A program made the translations under genes and the position numbers. Source: Eledone cirrhosa (Eukaryota). From it: a stretch of DNA of 64,000 nucleotides. The first letter of the stretch is position 1; each line of letters begins with the position of its first letter. The DNA is taken from assembly GCA_964016885.1 (NCBI GenBank), contig OZ024742.1, positions 232,128,001-232,192,000 of the forward strand, read 5' to 3'. A model generated the notes under the pieces. The model was not told the DNA's origin, made no database searches, and saw only the letters and a program-made list of their open reading frames with translations. This document shows positions 12,121-25,209 of the stretch, one piece after another.

Positions 12121-12568
12121 ATATTTTAGAAAAAAGGACATTTCAATATAAAATATATTGAATAAAAAGCAGGATGATAACTTGAATGCTTTGATTGGAG
12201 CTGACCTGTGTCTAAACAACAACAACAATAGCTTGGTTTTTAATAGGCTCTCATGCTATCTTTCACATAGTTACAATGTGTTGAAAAAGACCAAGCTGGA
12301 TGCTTTTACTGTCAAAATTGATATATGGTAGCACCTTGTAGGAGAAATATAAGGATTCCTAACTCTTTCATTACATACTCAGCCAAAACCAGCTCTGTTT
12401 CTATGAAACAAAACTACCCATTTTAAAAGATTCCTATTTAAATTATAATCTTTCAACGTAAGTTGAAGTCTGTTGAAAATTGTTGTTTCCCAATACTGGG
12501 ACACCAACATTAAACAATTGTGCAGATGTATCAGTAGTTACTAAATATATATATTTGTTTACTTCCAG

Positions 12569-12681
12569 ATAATTTTAACTAAAATAGATAAATGTAAAGA
12601 ACATTTACTCCTGAAGAATTTGCTATCTATCTTTAAAATTGAAAGCCAAATCAACTGTTTTCCACAGCCATTTTTGATTAG
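12569..12681 (+). CDS. GTPBP8: GTPBP8 exon E (G4 TKxD)
   Basis: ttccAG|IILTKIDK...CFPQPFLI(S)|GTAAGT, phase 0/2. Confidence 0.95.
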
Positions 12682-15520
12682 GTAAGTGAAATTCCTCAAT
12701 AATTATTATTTCTATTAGAATGAATGAGAATTTAATAGTTTTTACATTCAGATATAGCAGTCACTGCATATTAATTACTAATATCTTAGTAGCCACAGTA
12801 ATTTTAAAATCTTAATTGAGGAAACCTTTGCTAACAGAGAAAATGAATATTAAATGAGGATGATTTGAAGTATGGCAAAGGATTAAGAAAGATGATATAA
12901 GAAAGATTTATTTCAATTAAAAATGCACTTGTACTTTTATAATTTATGGGTAAGTCAGTGTAGACATATTTGATGCACAGATCATTAAAAAGCTAATTAG
13001 AACTATATATAAGATGAGGAAAAAGTTTCAATGGCTCATATTTTCATTTTCTGGTAAGTACAAGAGATAACTTTGGACACGGTTTATTTTTATTTTGACC
13101 TTCTTAATGAAGAAGCATAACCTTTATTATACTAGTTGAAGTAGTGACAAAGAATCACTAAGTAAATATATAGGATTGTACATTTATTGGAATAGACAAA
13201 TAAAAAGAACTCCATTAGCGCTGATATTTTTAATCTTTAACCCATTGTCGGTAACAACTTGCGACAATAGAGTAATCTCCCCTTAATACATAATGCAGTG
13301 TCAAGGAAAACAATTCATTAAAAATATTCAGCGTGCTAAAGATTAATGATGAATTAAAAAGATACCTAGAAATAGAATGTCTTATAAATACATTCTATAT
13401 TTGACTATGCTGCAAGGAAAAAAATGTCTAATATTATTTCCCGTTTTATAGTTTACTTTTGCTATAGGACTCAGTTTTCTGAATGTTATATCGGTAGATG
13501 GTCGGACACCATGCTTTCCAACATAGTTACGTCCCTTTACGATCTGAGTTCAAATCCCGCCGAGGTTGACTTTGCCTTTCATCCTTACGGGGTCGATAAA
13601 ATAAAGTACCAGTAATGCACTGGTTAATTGCTGGCCTTGTGCCTAAAGTAGAAACAGTTATTTTCAATATCCAGAACATTTTGTGATTGGTTTATTTTAC
13701 TGTGTTTATTCTTAAATTCATTTCTATTTCAATATACATTGATCTGTGAAGATTAACGAGTTTCAATGATAATCATCATCATTTGCATGTTTCCCATACT
13801 GGCATGGGTTGGCGAGGTCATCATAGTATAAGACTAAACAGGTTGTACAACAATGCCTTGCATATATAGACATTCTATATTTGACTTGGTTTCTACAACT
13901 GGATGCCCTTCCTAATGCTGATCACTTTACAAAGTGTACTACGTACATTTTATCATGGCACCAGCACGATTGGATGGATCTTTTATAATACAGAAAGTTA
14001 CCAGGCAACATAGTCCTGTATTATCTCCTCCATGTATGACAGCAGTGTTTATCTGAAAAATAAAAAGATTCATTTCGTCATCATTATCATCTTTTTTAAA
14101 TGCTTGAATGGGTTATGAGGCCAGACAAGTCAGGTGACCGTGTCTAGCTCATATGTTTTTTTTAGCTTGGTGTTTATTGTGGGATGCCCTTCCTAATACC
14201 AATCACTTTAGAGCATACAAAGGGAGCTTTTCATTGTGACTCCAGCATCACTGCCTTACAGGGTGGACTGGCTGCTTTCATTGTGGCTCCAGCACTACCA
14301 CCATGAGCTGGGTGTTTTTTGTGATGGCACCTGCATTAATCCTTTCTCAGAGAAACAGCTTTGAATGATTACAGAAACCCATATTGATTTCAATCAAGCT
14401 TACTGAAATCTCATTTTATGAACAATAGTCTTTCCAATGGAGCAATTACTGGTTTGTTGCATTTACTATGGCCAGAGTGTCAATGTAACTGGGGCAGAAC
14501 AAATACTATGGTATCCATGTTTCAAAGTCCCAGTTTGTCAGGGTTTTCTCTGATGTTTACATCTTTTGCCAGTACACCAAAATATATACTTATGTCTACA
14601 TACGAATGTATAATCTTGTTCTTATATGGCTGCCGAGATAGCTGTGATATGATCACAGATTAAAGTACCATAGCAACATAGCAAGATAGCAATATGTTTA
14701 TCATAGATAAACATATTGTATATGTTTTCATATCCACATCTATTATGAATCACATTAGTGCTACTGCTAGTTAAAATCAGCTCGTCAAATATCCACTATA
14801 TGCAAATGAACTTCACCAGCAGATGTTTCATTTGCAAAATATATATATAAGCAATAACTTATCATAGCCTCTGTACCAAATAAACATCACTGATAATGGA
14901 TAAAAAAATCCTGAAACAATAGTGTTTGCCGTTCTCACATGATCTCAGCTTAAGGTTCTGAGCCACGACAAAAGAACTCAGCCCACACTATAGTGGTCAT
15001 GGTGTCATGACAAAAGTGAATGCCCAGTCCACACTGTAAAGTGGTTGTGTAGGCGACACGGCAAAAAGCATCCAGCACACACTGTAAATGGGGTTGGCGT
15101 TAGGTAGGGCATGCAACCGTAGAAACCAAGCCAAAATGAGTTTTGTGTGAGCGAATTACAATCCCCGACCTGATCCCTCGCAAAGGGACAGCCTATTCTA
15201 TCCATGTTAGTGTGGAATATGGACGTTAAATGATGATGATGATATATACACCTTTGTGAATTATGCTTTGTTAGTGCTACTGCTAATTAAATATGTATAT
15301 ATGGTTGTGTGGTTAAGAAATTCATTTGGTAACCACATAGTTTTAGTAATTTGATCACAGTTGGGCAGGTGTCTTCAACCTCAGACTGACACTTGTGAGT
15401 GAAATTTAGTAGATGTAACTTGTGCAGAAGACTGTTATATATGTTTCATTTTGAAAATTCGTTGTTTATATTGTGTATAATTAAGATAGTATATAAAAAT
15501 ATTTTTTGGTTTTTCTTCAG

Positions 15521-15626
15521 TTCTTTAACAGGTTCTGGTATTCCTCTGTTGCAAGCTTTTATAGCATATATAACTGGAAGCATTGAAATAAAGGATGGTG
15601 TGAAAAAAAAAAATAATAATCAATAA
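15521..15626 (+). CDS. GTPBP8: GTPBP8 last coding exon (G5 region, stop)
   Basis: ttcttcAG|(S)SLTGSGIPLLQAFIAYITG...NNNQ*, phase 2. AATAAA overlaps the stop codon. Confidence 0.93.
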
Positions 15627-18600
15627 AAATAGATTAAAATTGTTTAAAAAAACAATGTCTGTGAGTTAAATGATTCTGTACCCATGCTTGCAATGATGCC
15701 AATTTATACTTCTTTGATGAGGCTAGAATACTCTCTGATGAGGCTAGAATACTGGAACACACCTGAACTTGATGAAATAATTAAAATAATATTAGTCATT
15801 GCATAATATTTTCAATATCATTTAACATGTTTTCCTTGCTAGCAAGGGTTCAACATAATTAGAACTAATGAACCCTCAGATGGGCCAGTGGCCTGCATCT
15901 CGCTTATATATATTCCTACTCTCTAGAGTGATCCAGACATATTTTATCATCACATAATCACTAAGGAGGCTGCCATGTCTATGATCAGTAAAAGAGTCCT
16001 CCCATTCCTTTGTTTGGTAGTATGCAACAGACAATTATTAACACTTTGTCTTTATATTCAGTAACATTGTGGACAGAAAAGAAGGGTTCATCCAGGCTAG
16101 TTGAAATTCTGCTGGAAATTTAAAGAGGGTTCTCAGTTGCTCATAAAATATTTATCTGTGAATGGAAACACTGTTTATAAACTCACGGCTACTAAGGGCT
16201 TGAGTCAACTGGAGAGACCATTCTAGGCAGCTAGTCTTCATCATCATTTTTATGTCAACTTTTCCATGCTGGTATGAGCTGGACAGAACATTTTGAGGCA
16301 ATGTTTAATATCCAGGTCACCTTCCTGACACCAACCATTTTAGTTTCTTCTTACTACAGGCAAGGATATGGTGTATCTATTCTAAACCAAATACACACAG
16401 CTAGTTTGTTTAATTGTTTCAATACTTTACTGTGTAACAGAATGTATTCATAGACTTTTGGTCAATACTGTGGATTTATAATTAATGTCTTTGTGGACAG
16501 TTAAAGTGGGTAGTCCGTCACTGATGAAATTCCAGCAAATGAAATGAGTCCTGCTCATGATGATACAGCATAGAAAGACAAGGTGTTTAAAATCTTCTTT
16601 AGCATACAGAGTTGGCTAAAATCAACAGATATATTCTGTAGTACAATACATTGAAAAACACTTAACTCTTTAGCATTCGCATTATTCTACATATACTATT
16701 GTATTTTTGTGGTAACTGCTTTACCTCACATAATATCGAATCTATGAGATTTTGATGATACCTATTTTGAGAACAATACCTTAACATAAGTATGAGTGGC
16801 TGGTTACAGCTGGTTTGAACAGGAAGAGGTGAGAGAATTCTGCCAGATATGGCTGATTTAAATGCTTAAGGGTTAAAAACAAATTATCATAATCACCATT
16901 TTATGTCTGTTTTCCATGATGGCATGGGTTAGACTGTAATTAACACTTAACATCCAGTAGCACATGAAACCATATTAGCAAGACATTTTCGAAAAGTATA
17001 AAACAGCACTATAACATCACATTAAATATTAAAGTCTTTAGTCTAATACTCTTTTCATCCTTTTGTGGTCAATAAAAAAGTACCAATCCAATACTGGGGT
17101 TAGTTCTTCCTCTATCTATCTCCTCCTCTGGAAGAAATTGAATGTGTTCAGACCTGAATAGGCAAGTGATCTGCCATAGTTGTTAGAGTGATGTATATTT
17201 GTTCTGGGTCTCTCCTTGCAGCTCAAATCACACCAAGTTTCACTTTGCCTTTCATCCTTCTTGGGCTGGAAGTTCCCAGCCAAACACTGGTGCAGTTCAC
17301 TCTCTCCTTCCAGCTGTCATATCCTGGATGTTCTGCTGGATCAAGGAAGGGTGTTTGTGCCTGCTCTTGACTGCATGGGCACTTAGAACCTTTAGCAAAA
17401 GCATGGTACTTACTATCAAGTCATACTGGATGTGATTGACAGCTGTAGTAATAATAATAATTCACTTACTTGTATTTTCCATGTTTGCATGGGTTAAACA
17501 GGTTGTCACATTCTGAGGCTTGAGTGGTCAGGTGATCACATCTTGTTTATAGATTCTGCTTTTGGCTGGTTGCCTTTCCTAACATCAACCATTTTACAGC
17601 GTTTACTGGGAGCAATTTATCATGATTCCAGCACTACCATTTTACAGGGTGCTATTTTTGTATTGTGACACCAGCACTACCAACTGACAGGGCAAACTGG
17701 ATGCTTTTAATTAGAGCACCAGCGCTATCACTTGACAGAGTGGGCTCATGAATAATTTTATAAAATATATTTTTTTGTTTTATTAGCGTGGAAGATAGAT
17801 GTTAAACAATGATGATAATAGTTATATGGCGTTTACAGTATTCAGTAATTTTCTTATAGTTTATCATGCTCAGCAGATGGTATATATTTCCAATATCATA
17901 TGTATACTATATTAACCCCTTTCACTACTGTAGAAATCAAGCCAGAATCAGTTCCTGTCCCATCCTTGCAAGCAGGGAAAATCGGGCGTAAAATGATGAA
18001 TTTCAATTAGCTAGTGAAAAATTTGGAGGGATTTACAAAAATGATTAATTAAGATATTTGTAACATAACTTAGTAAAATTTATATAGAAACCCTTTAAAC
18101 TAGGGGGTTTTATTTCATAGAATCAGAGATGGTTTAATGAGAGTTGATATCAATAAGATCAACATCTCTGTCCCTCTTAGTACAGTTTAATGAGGGTTCA
18201 CTGTATTTATCATCATTATTGCTTCAGCAGAGGTTGACTTTGCCTTTCATCCTTACGGGGTCGATAAAATAAATACCAGTAATGCACTGGTAATTGCTGG
18301 CCTTGTGCCTAAAGTAGAAACAATTATTGCTTCAGCATTTTGTTTTTCTCTGCTGGCATGAGTTTGATATATCTGCTTTGCTGATCTTTTGTCATTTAAA
18401 TGTGGAGCCCAACATCACGACACCCACACTGCATTATTCATATACTAAAGAATAAAAAAAAATGCAGCACATTTTTTTCTATATTTTTCTGCTATGTAAC
18501 AAAAGAACAAAAAAGGCAGGGTAATTTTATAACTTTAACTAGAATGGGAGTATTCATGTTCGTTGTTCTTCGTCTATTCCTTGGAGGGTCGTGGGGGCAG

Positions 18601-18972
18601 ATTCCTCAGACATGCCTTCCAGTAGGTCCTATCAGAAGCAACTAGCTGCTACCCCAAGTGAGACTAACTGAGCTCATGGATGTTATCCAACCATCTTGCT
18701 CATGATCAACAAAATTTGTCCAGCGATTCTTTTCTTAGACATTCAAACCACATGTCATGTATTTGTTGCACGAGGAAATGGTGTTGAGAGCATATCTTGG
18801 AATAAGCAGGGCTATATTTGATGTGTACTTCTTTCATTCTGTTAAAACATTAAGCCGAAAAGTTGAATCAAACCAAATGGAAATTTGTATATATATATAT
18901 GATCAGTATTGTAATGTATTCGCACTACTATTATAGACTTCAATGTCTGAAAGAAGCTATTACTCTGTACCT

Positions 18973-20577
18973 CATCATCATCGTTTAACGTCCATCTTCC
19001 ACGCTAGCATGGGTTTGGACGGGAATTTACCCACTTGAGGCAAGATTGGTTGTCTTGATTGTATCGGACTGTCTGGCGGGTTTTCTACAGCTGGATGCCC
19101 TTCCTAACACCAACCACGTTTACAGTGTGGACTGGGAGGTTTTTACCGTGTTACCTACACGGCCACATTACAGCGTGGACTGTGTGTTTTTTTCGTGACA
19201 CCTACACGACCGCATTTATTTAGGACTGGATGTTGTGGTACCAACATAACTTTACATCGAAAGTGGGTGGGAGTAGTGAGACGGGGGTGTATTTTGGTAA
19301 GAGGTGCCTACTGACTAGGTTTTGCTTTGCACATAGGCAAGGTGGGTCTTCTGTATTACTGTGTAGCGCCAAAGATATCGGTCCAGTGACATTGTCTTGG
19401 AGAGGTCGGAATTTATCAGGTCGTCCCAGGTTTTTCTGGGTCTGCCTACTCCGTGATTACCGTCTATTTTGATTGCCCTGCCCTTTTTTATAAAGCTGTC
19501 TTTCATGCGCATCACATGACCATACCAACGTAGTCTTCTCTGGAGTAAACAGCATCTGATCCCTCTTATTTTTAATTTCTCACTTAGTTCATTTATGCTT
19601 TGCGGTTCACGTATATTACTATTACACATCCAACGGAGCATGCAAGCTTCGTTCCTCTCCAGTCTGCGTAGATCCTCTGCACACAATGCCCAAGTCTCAC
19701 TGCCATGTAACATTGTTGTTCGTATGCAGGCATCATACAACCTGCCTTTCATTTTTAGAGAAACCTTTAGCGGCCAATAGTGGTATAAGCTCTCTGAACT
19801 TTTTCCATCCAGTTCTGACTCTAGCTACTGTACTTTCAGAGCACCCTCCACGACTGCTGATTTTGTCACCCAGGTAACGGAAGGTGTCCACTATTTCTAT
19901 AGAACCATCTGTGCAATGGAATGGGCTAGTATTCTGTGGGCACTTGCTGCTACTTATTGTACCCAAGCACCGGCCACATATAAAATCTATATTCTTAGTT
20001 AGCTTACCTGTGATCCCACTACATCTTTTATGCACCCATACTTTGCATTTGGAACATAAAATGGAGTTTCTGCCTACTCCTTTCCTACACACTGAGCATG
20101 GCCATTTCCCAGATGGGACCAGTGCCCTATTTTCCTTCCTACATACTAGAACTTTAGTCTTAGACAGGTTAATTTTAAGGCCTTTTGATTCTAGGCCATG
20201 CTTCCATGTTTGGAATTTCTTCTCTAGTTCAGCCATTGATTCAACTATAAGTGTTAGATCATCAGCGTATAGGAGTTCCCATGGGCAGCCGGTCTTGACC
20301 TCCTCTGTTATAACCTGAAGAGCAATAATAAATAGGATGGAGCCCTGATGAACACCAACTTTTATGCTCAACTCTTCACTATATTCGTTGTTAATTCTAA
20401 CCTTGCTGACTGTTTCTTTATACATGGCTTGTATAGCTCTCACAAGCCATTCATCAACACCTAGTTTTCTGGGAGCCCACCAGATAATGGGGTGTGGAAC
20501 TCTGTCAAAGGCTTTCTCCAAGTCAACAAAAGCTAAGTACTTCTCCTGTAGCTGTCGTACAATGAAAAGAGCATGTG
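18973..20577 (-). mobile_element. 5'-truncated RTE-clade LINE (RT with internal PHD-like finger), frameshifted
   Basis: DLEKAFDRVP, GVHQGS, LLYADD, FRYLG, LHGSETW, RRLRWYGHV; 3'UTR tandem units and (GAT)n tail. Confidence 0.95.
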
Positions 20578-20589
20578 TGTAAATATATC

Positions 20590-20595
20590 TTTATT
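20590..20595 (-). terminator. Candidate polyadenylation signal AATAAA of the MBTD1/Sfmbt gene
   Basis: tttatt on +; it is the last AATAAA of a ~1.3-kb repeat-free, 3'UTR-like stretch before the LINE. Confidence 0.35.
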
Positions 20596-21769
20596 ACATT
20601 TTGATTTTGTATGATTTCATTTTTCATATAACTCAATTTTCCTAACCATATGGTTGTTGAAGAGAATTGAATCACACACAAATAATCAATATAAAATACT
20701 GGTACTCGATTCTTTGGTGTTTGGGTGGTGAAATAATTGTAGTGATGCACAAAACTGCTTCAAACTTGAGAAACAAAGAAGCCGACTTAGAAGACAATAT
20801 AATCTGAGAATACAAGATCCAGAAGCATATTGTTCCCTAAGATTATAATTTGTTACCAAGTTTCAGCTTTCTAAACTAGGTACAACTAAAGTCTTACATA
20901 TTTTTACAATTCATTTAATTTTCATAGGAGAGGATAACCACTTTCTCATTTCAAGCTCCAGCATATTTGTTTTGTGAATGTTTGTGTTAAAAATATATTT
21001 CACTTATAATTAAGTGAAGCAAATTATTTTCAACTTAGATACAAAACTAAATAAAACATTTTAAGCTTGTCTTTGTCATAAATCAAAGCTTCTTGCTTAC
21101 TGAATACCAAGAATAGAACTGTTTTTTCGTTTCTTAACAAAATTCAAAACTAAAAAGAAATGGAAGTAATGAATACAAAATATAAGAGATAAATAACAGT
21201 TTATCGTGCTTAAAGCTAAAGTTCTGTACAAAGCTCTTCCAGTTTAATGAAAATGTTTCAAAATTATAATACTGGACTGAAATACAATATGAAGGAATGA
21301 AAGGAAAATGTAGAAATTTCCCAATTAACTGAGTGCAATAATGAAAGTGGCATGGATGTTTGGTTATTCTAGCTTTTTCAGATTTGTATAAGATCTCCTT
21401 ATATCAGACACTAAAAATGTTCACATTGAATTGCCACTTTGCATAAATGGTATGTGACTAACTTCGGATTTATTTTCAAAACAGTACAGCAAAATATAGA
21501 CAGAAAAGCAATGATAGATAAATGTATGACTTAGGGAATACTACTGTAAAATAGATTTGAGAAGAAAAGGTTAAGATAGAGTCATTGTGTTTGTTTGAGG
21601 TAATAGTGAATCTAGAAAATGAACTTTATTTTTGAATAAAGAAAAACACAAATTTTGGAAGTAATGATATGGTAATTGAAAGAAAGTTATTTGGATTAAG
21701 TGAGTAACAAGACACTTTACACTTATGTAAATGCAACATTAAAGCTCTGATTAAATGTATTTGATGGTC

Positions 21770-21897
21770 TCGGTCAGAGAGTCGTTGCTTCAGTTGTAGA
21801 ATTATTTCATGAACCTTTTTGGAAGATCCGAATTTCATGCCAGTTATATGAACAATTTGATCTTGTGTTAAGCTTATATGCTTTTGTCATCAATGCC
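21770..21897 (-). pseudogene. Relic exon for the C-terminal half of a SAM domain (1-nt frameshift); probably now the last exon or 3'UTR of MBTD1/Sfmbt
   Basis: tttctAG|GIDDKSI-(frameshift at 21875-21876)-SLTQDQIVHITGMKFGSSKKVHEIILQLKQRL matches the SAM pattern IDGxxLLxLT...GMKxGxxxKI. Confidence 0.75.
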
Positions 21898-22231
21898 CTA
21901 GAAATATAAAAAAATCATTCAGTAAACCCAAAAGATTGCAGTGACAGATTTATACTTTTATTTCTAAGAGTGAAGTTTATATTTTTAATCAAAGAACTGC
22001 CTGGGAGATTTAAATAATTTTGAAAATAATCAAGAAACTGAGGGACTTATAATATGAGTAATATAACACACTTTCTCATTATTAAGCTGGTGTTTTGAAG
22101 CAGATCTTAACAAATGTTCTTACATAAAATTATGATAGGTTTTTAGAAAAATAGAAATACTTTTAAATAAACAGCTCAGAATCATATTGACTTCAGGTAG
22201 TTTGGTAACAAAAAGGTTAAAAATGAAAGAA

Positions 22232-22580
22232 CATCATTCATTCATTTTCATTTCATTTTACGTCGACTTTTCCCTGCTTGCAAGGATGGGACGGGAACTG
22301 ATTCTGGCTTGATTTCTACAGCTGGATGCCCTTCCTCACACCAACCTCATTTACAGTGAGTGCTGGGTGCTTTTTTGCTGTGGCACCTCCACGACCACTT
22401 TGCAGTGGAATGATAGGGACCCCAGTCCCTATCATCTCATTTCTACAGCTGAGTAAACTGGAGCAATGTGAAATAAAGTGTCTTGCTCAAGGAAACAACA
22501 CATCACCCGGTCTGAGAATTGAACTCACAACCTTTCGATTGCAAAGCCAATGCTCTAACCAATAAGCCATGTGCCTCCAT
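22232..22580 (-). mobile_element. Second copy of the tRNA/RTE-tail SINE (one internal tandem unit fewer)
   Basis: Near-identical to 9952-10350 by direct comparison. Confidence 0.9.
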
Positions 22581-22649
22581 ATATAATTAATATCGCCCAA
22601 CTACTGTTAAATCTTTTGAAGTAACAAAGTCATATAGCAAATATTTCCA

Positions 22650-22725
22650 GATTAATTTTCTACTATAAAGCTCACAATGCGAGTAAAAAATGACAGACAT
22701 CATCAACAATCCACATTTCAGGATG
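22650..22725 (-). pseudogene. Relic N-terminal half of the SAM domain, out of frame with the preceding exon
   Basis: HPEMWIVDDVCHFLL-(frameshift)-HCELYSRKL matches the SAM start PxxWxVxDVxxFL....CxxY. Confidence 0.65.
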
Positions 22726-22853
22726 TATAGAGTAGCTGTGCTTATTTTCATGAAATTTAACAAGAAGCTGATGACCATTTAATACCAGGTTAAAATTAGA
22801 TGGAATACAAAGGCTTGCTCAATGAGTCACTCCTAACAGAACTCTTGGTAACT

Positions 22854-23050
22854 TTACATATAGTCATCGGTAGTTGTTAATTTACCTATATTGGCCTCAG
22901 AAGGTACAGATGAAATAATCTTTTTTGTATGATCTTGGACTTGGAAAGATGATGAGTGAAAGTCAGATATGGGTGTATGAGGACTCAACACCGGGGGTGC
23001 ATCTGATGCTAAACTCTCTTTGCGCTGTTGTTCAGGTTCAGCACGTGAAA
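22854..23050 (-). CDS. MBTD1: MBTD1/Sfmbt C-terminal low-complexity exon (stop at 22854, or donor after 22886)
   Basis: ttgtAG|(V)SRAEPEQQRKES...SEANIG. The phase-1 start fits the previous exon; a GTAAAT donor starts at 22885. Confidence 0.75.
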
Positions 23051-23856
23051 CTACAAAGAAAAACATTTTTAATAAAAAGCAAAAATAATAAAAACTCAAG
23101 TTATTTTTTATCTAATATAAGGTTGCCCTACAATTAAATAATCTATAAATTTCCTGAATTAGGAGGGAAGTAGAATGATACATACACTAGACATGTCATC
23201 ACAAATTTTGACTGTAAAATCTGTATATCAACACAGAATTTGAAATGTCATATCAGAGTCAATGAATAAAGATTAGCTAAATATAACAGAATTTGAAACT
23301 AATATAATTAAACTGATATTTATCAACAATAAAAGTTAATGTCTTTCTCCCAATAAATATCAACACAAACAGAAACACTTTTATGTGGTTACTAAACTTG
23401 CTAAAACTAGCAGACCACGTCCCTTAAATCACACCTCATTGTCTTAAAACAAAGAAGGACACACTAGATAAAACAATCCTAGATACACTGTGAAATAAAA
23501 ACAAAAGACTGGATGGTCCTATCATGGTTGGAATACCTTTGATCATAGGTCTGCCTTGATTAAGCAAACCTGAGGCCCAAACAACAACAGAAATGAAACA
23601 CAACATCAAGGAAATAGAGCAGAAAACTGACAATTATTTGTATCCCAACACATCTGAAAAAATAAGATTTAAAACAGTACCTTAGAGCAGGTAGTACATT
23701 TGACTAACAGAAAGAAACAGCAACATTAAGGTACAAACAATACATTAGTTCAATCATAAACTATCCCTCCTTCACATGGGTGCCTGATTTCTTCAAAACA
23801 AGCTGTAGTAAAGTACATAGAACATGAAACAAAACATTTCATATCACCACAAGTTG

Positions 23857-24033
23857 TACACAGACCATATACCCAGGTCACAATAAACTGCACTGCACAT
23901 CATCACATGTTTACACAGACCATATACCCAGGTCACAATAAACTGCACTGCACATCATCACATGTTTACACAGACCATATACCCAGGTCACAATAAACTG
24001 CACTGCACATCATCACAGGTTGTACACAGACCA
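23857..24033. repeat. 55-bp minisatellite, ~3.2 copies
   Basis: tacacagacc restarts at 23857, 23912, 23967 and 24023. Confidence 0.95.
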
Positions 24034-25035
24034 AACACACAGGGCACTTACACAACATAAAAATGAAAGACCACTGGACAGATCTTGTCATTACATGCAC
24101 ATGGTTTAAGTAGCACACCACTAATGTCAAATGCAGAAGAAAGGCAATTGTCACACTCTGACCAAGTTCATCTTGCACACAAGGAGTCTGACTGTGTATG
24201 CTCAACCTGCTAGAAACAACAGCCAAATCTTCCTTATATCATACCCTACTTTCTTAAATAAAGAAATATACTTTTTGTTTATTTTAGACAATGTAGTTTT
24301 AGACAAACAAAAAGTACCATTTGATTGTTGCTTTCTTTTTCCAGAGTAAACTGGGTTGATGGATATCGTGAGTTCATGTGATCTAGAAAAATGCTTTCTT
24401 GGTGTTGCTAGTATATGAAGAAGTCAATCACATAAGTTTCAGGTTTCACTGTTCAAGAGCTAAATTTTTGAAGTACTTCCTGTGGATATTTGCCATTATG
24501 AACAATAATGACAAAACCATAGTCATCCCTTCCACTTGTTGATAAATTTCATTATTGATTTGCTGGTGCCTTGATAAAATACAATTGGTAGAGTGTGGGA
24601 ACATATGTTAGTGAGATGTAGGCCACACCTGGCTTGTCTAGGTCAGTAAGCCTCCTACGTATTGACTTAGTCTGTGATGATCCATCCAAACCTTGCTAGC
24701 AGGGAAAATGGGCATTAAACGATAATGATGAAATTATTCATTCTCAGGCACAATGTTAAATAAAGGTATAAAGTTATGATGATCATCATTGTTTAACGTC
24801 CATTTTCCATGCTAGCATGGATTAGACGAGTTGTCTCACCTGAGGCAAGTCAGATCACATGACTGTGTCTTGCTCATACAAAACTGATTTTGGCTTGGTT
24901 TTTACAGCTGGATGCTCTTCCTAACGTCAACCACATTTACAGTGTGGACTGGTTTTTCCAATACCTCATATATTACAATAATTACTATGCTAATTTAGAA
25001 TAAAAAGTACATAAGGAAGTAAAAAAATGAAGTAC

Positions 25036-25209
25036 CTTTTGTACTTTTGGAATCCGTTTCAAAGAAGGAGTCAGTATTACTTTTGTCCAATAAAGGAGGT
25101 AATGCTGCAGCAACAGCTTCTGAAGTCAGCTGTACATGGGGCGGGCAAGAATTCAGGTTCTCAGAGCCATTTTGGTTAAGGGATCGGGTAGCTAATTTGG
25201 ACTTTCTTT
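25036..25209 (-). CDS. MBTD1: MBTD1/Sfmbt exon (post-MBT linker)
   Basis: AG|(K)RKSKLATRSL...DSKSTK|GTACTT, phase 1/1. Confidence 0.8.

Noticed and set aside
16521-16550. CTGATGA...GAAA...GTC hammerhead-like string
   Set aside because: Stem II is mismatched, stem III is marginal and no stem I pairing was found.
21626-21838. Standalone 70-aa gene MKFGSSKK...
   Set aside because: It is the tail of the frameshifted SAM relic running into UTR-like sequence.
22650-22860. Rescue of the SAM frame by A-to-I editing or a short intron
   Set aside because: Editing cannot fix indels. The only phase-1 AG I found for the W-containing frame gives a ~54-nt intron and is followed by TGA.
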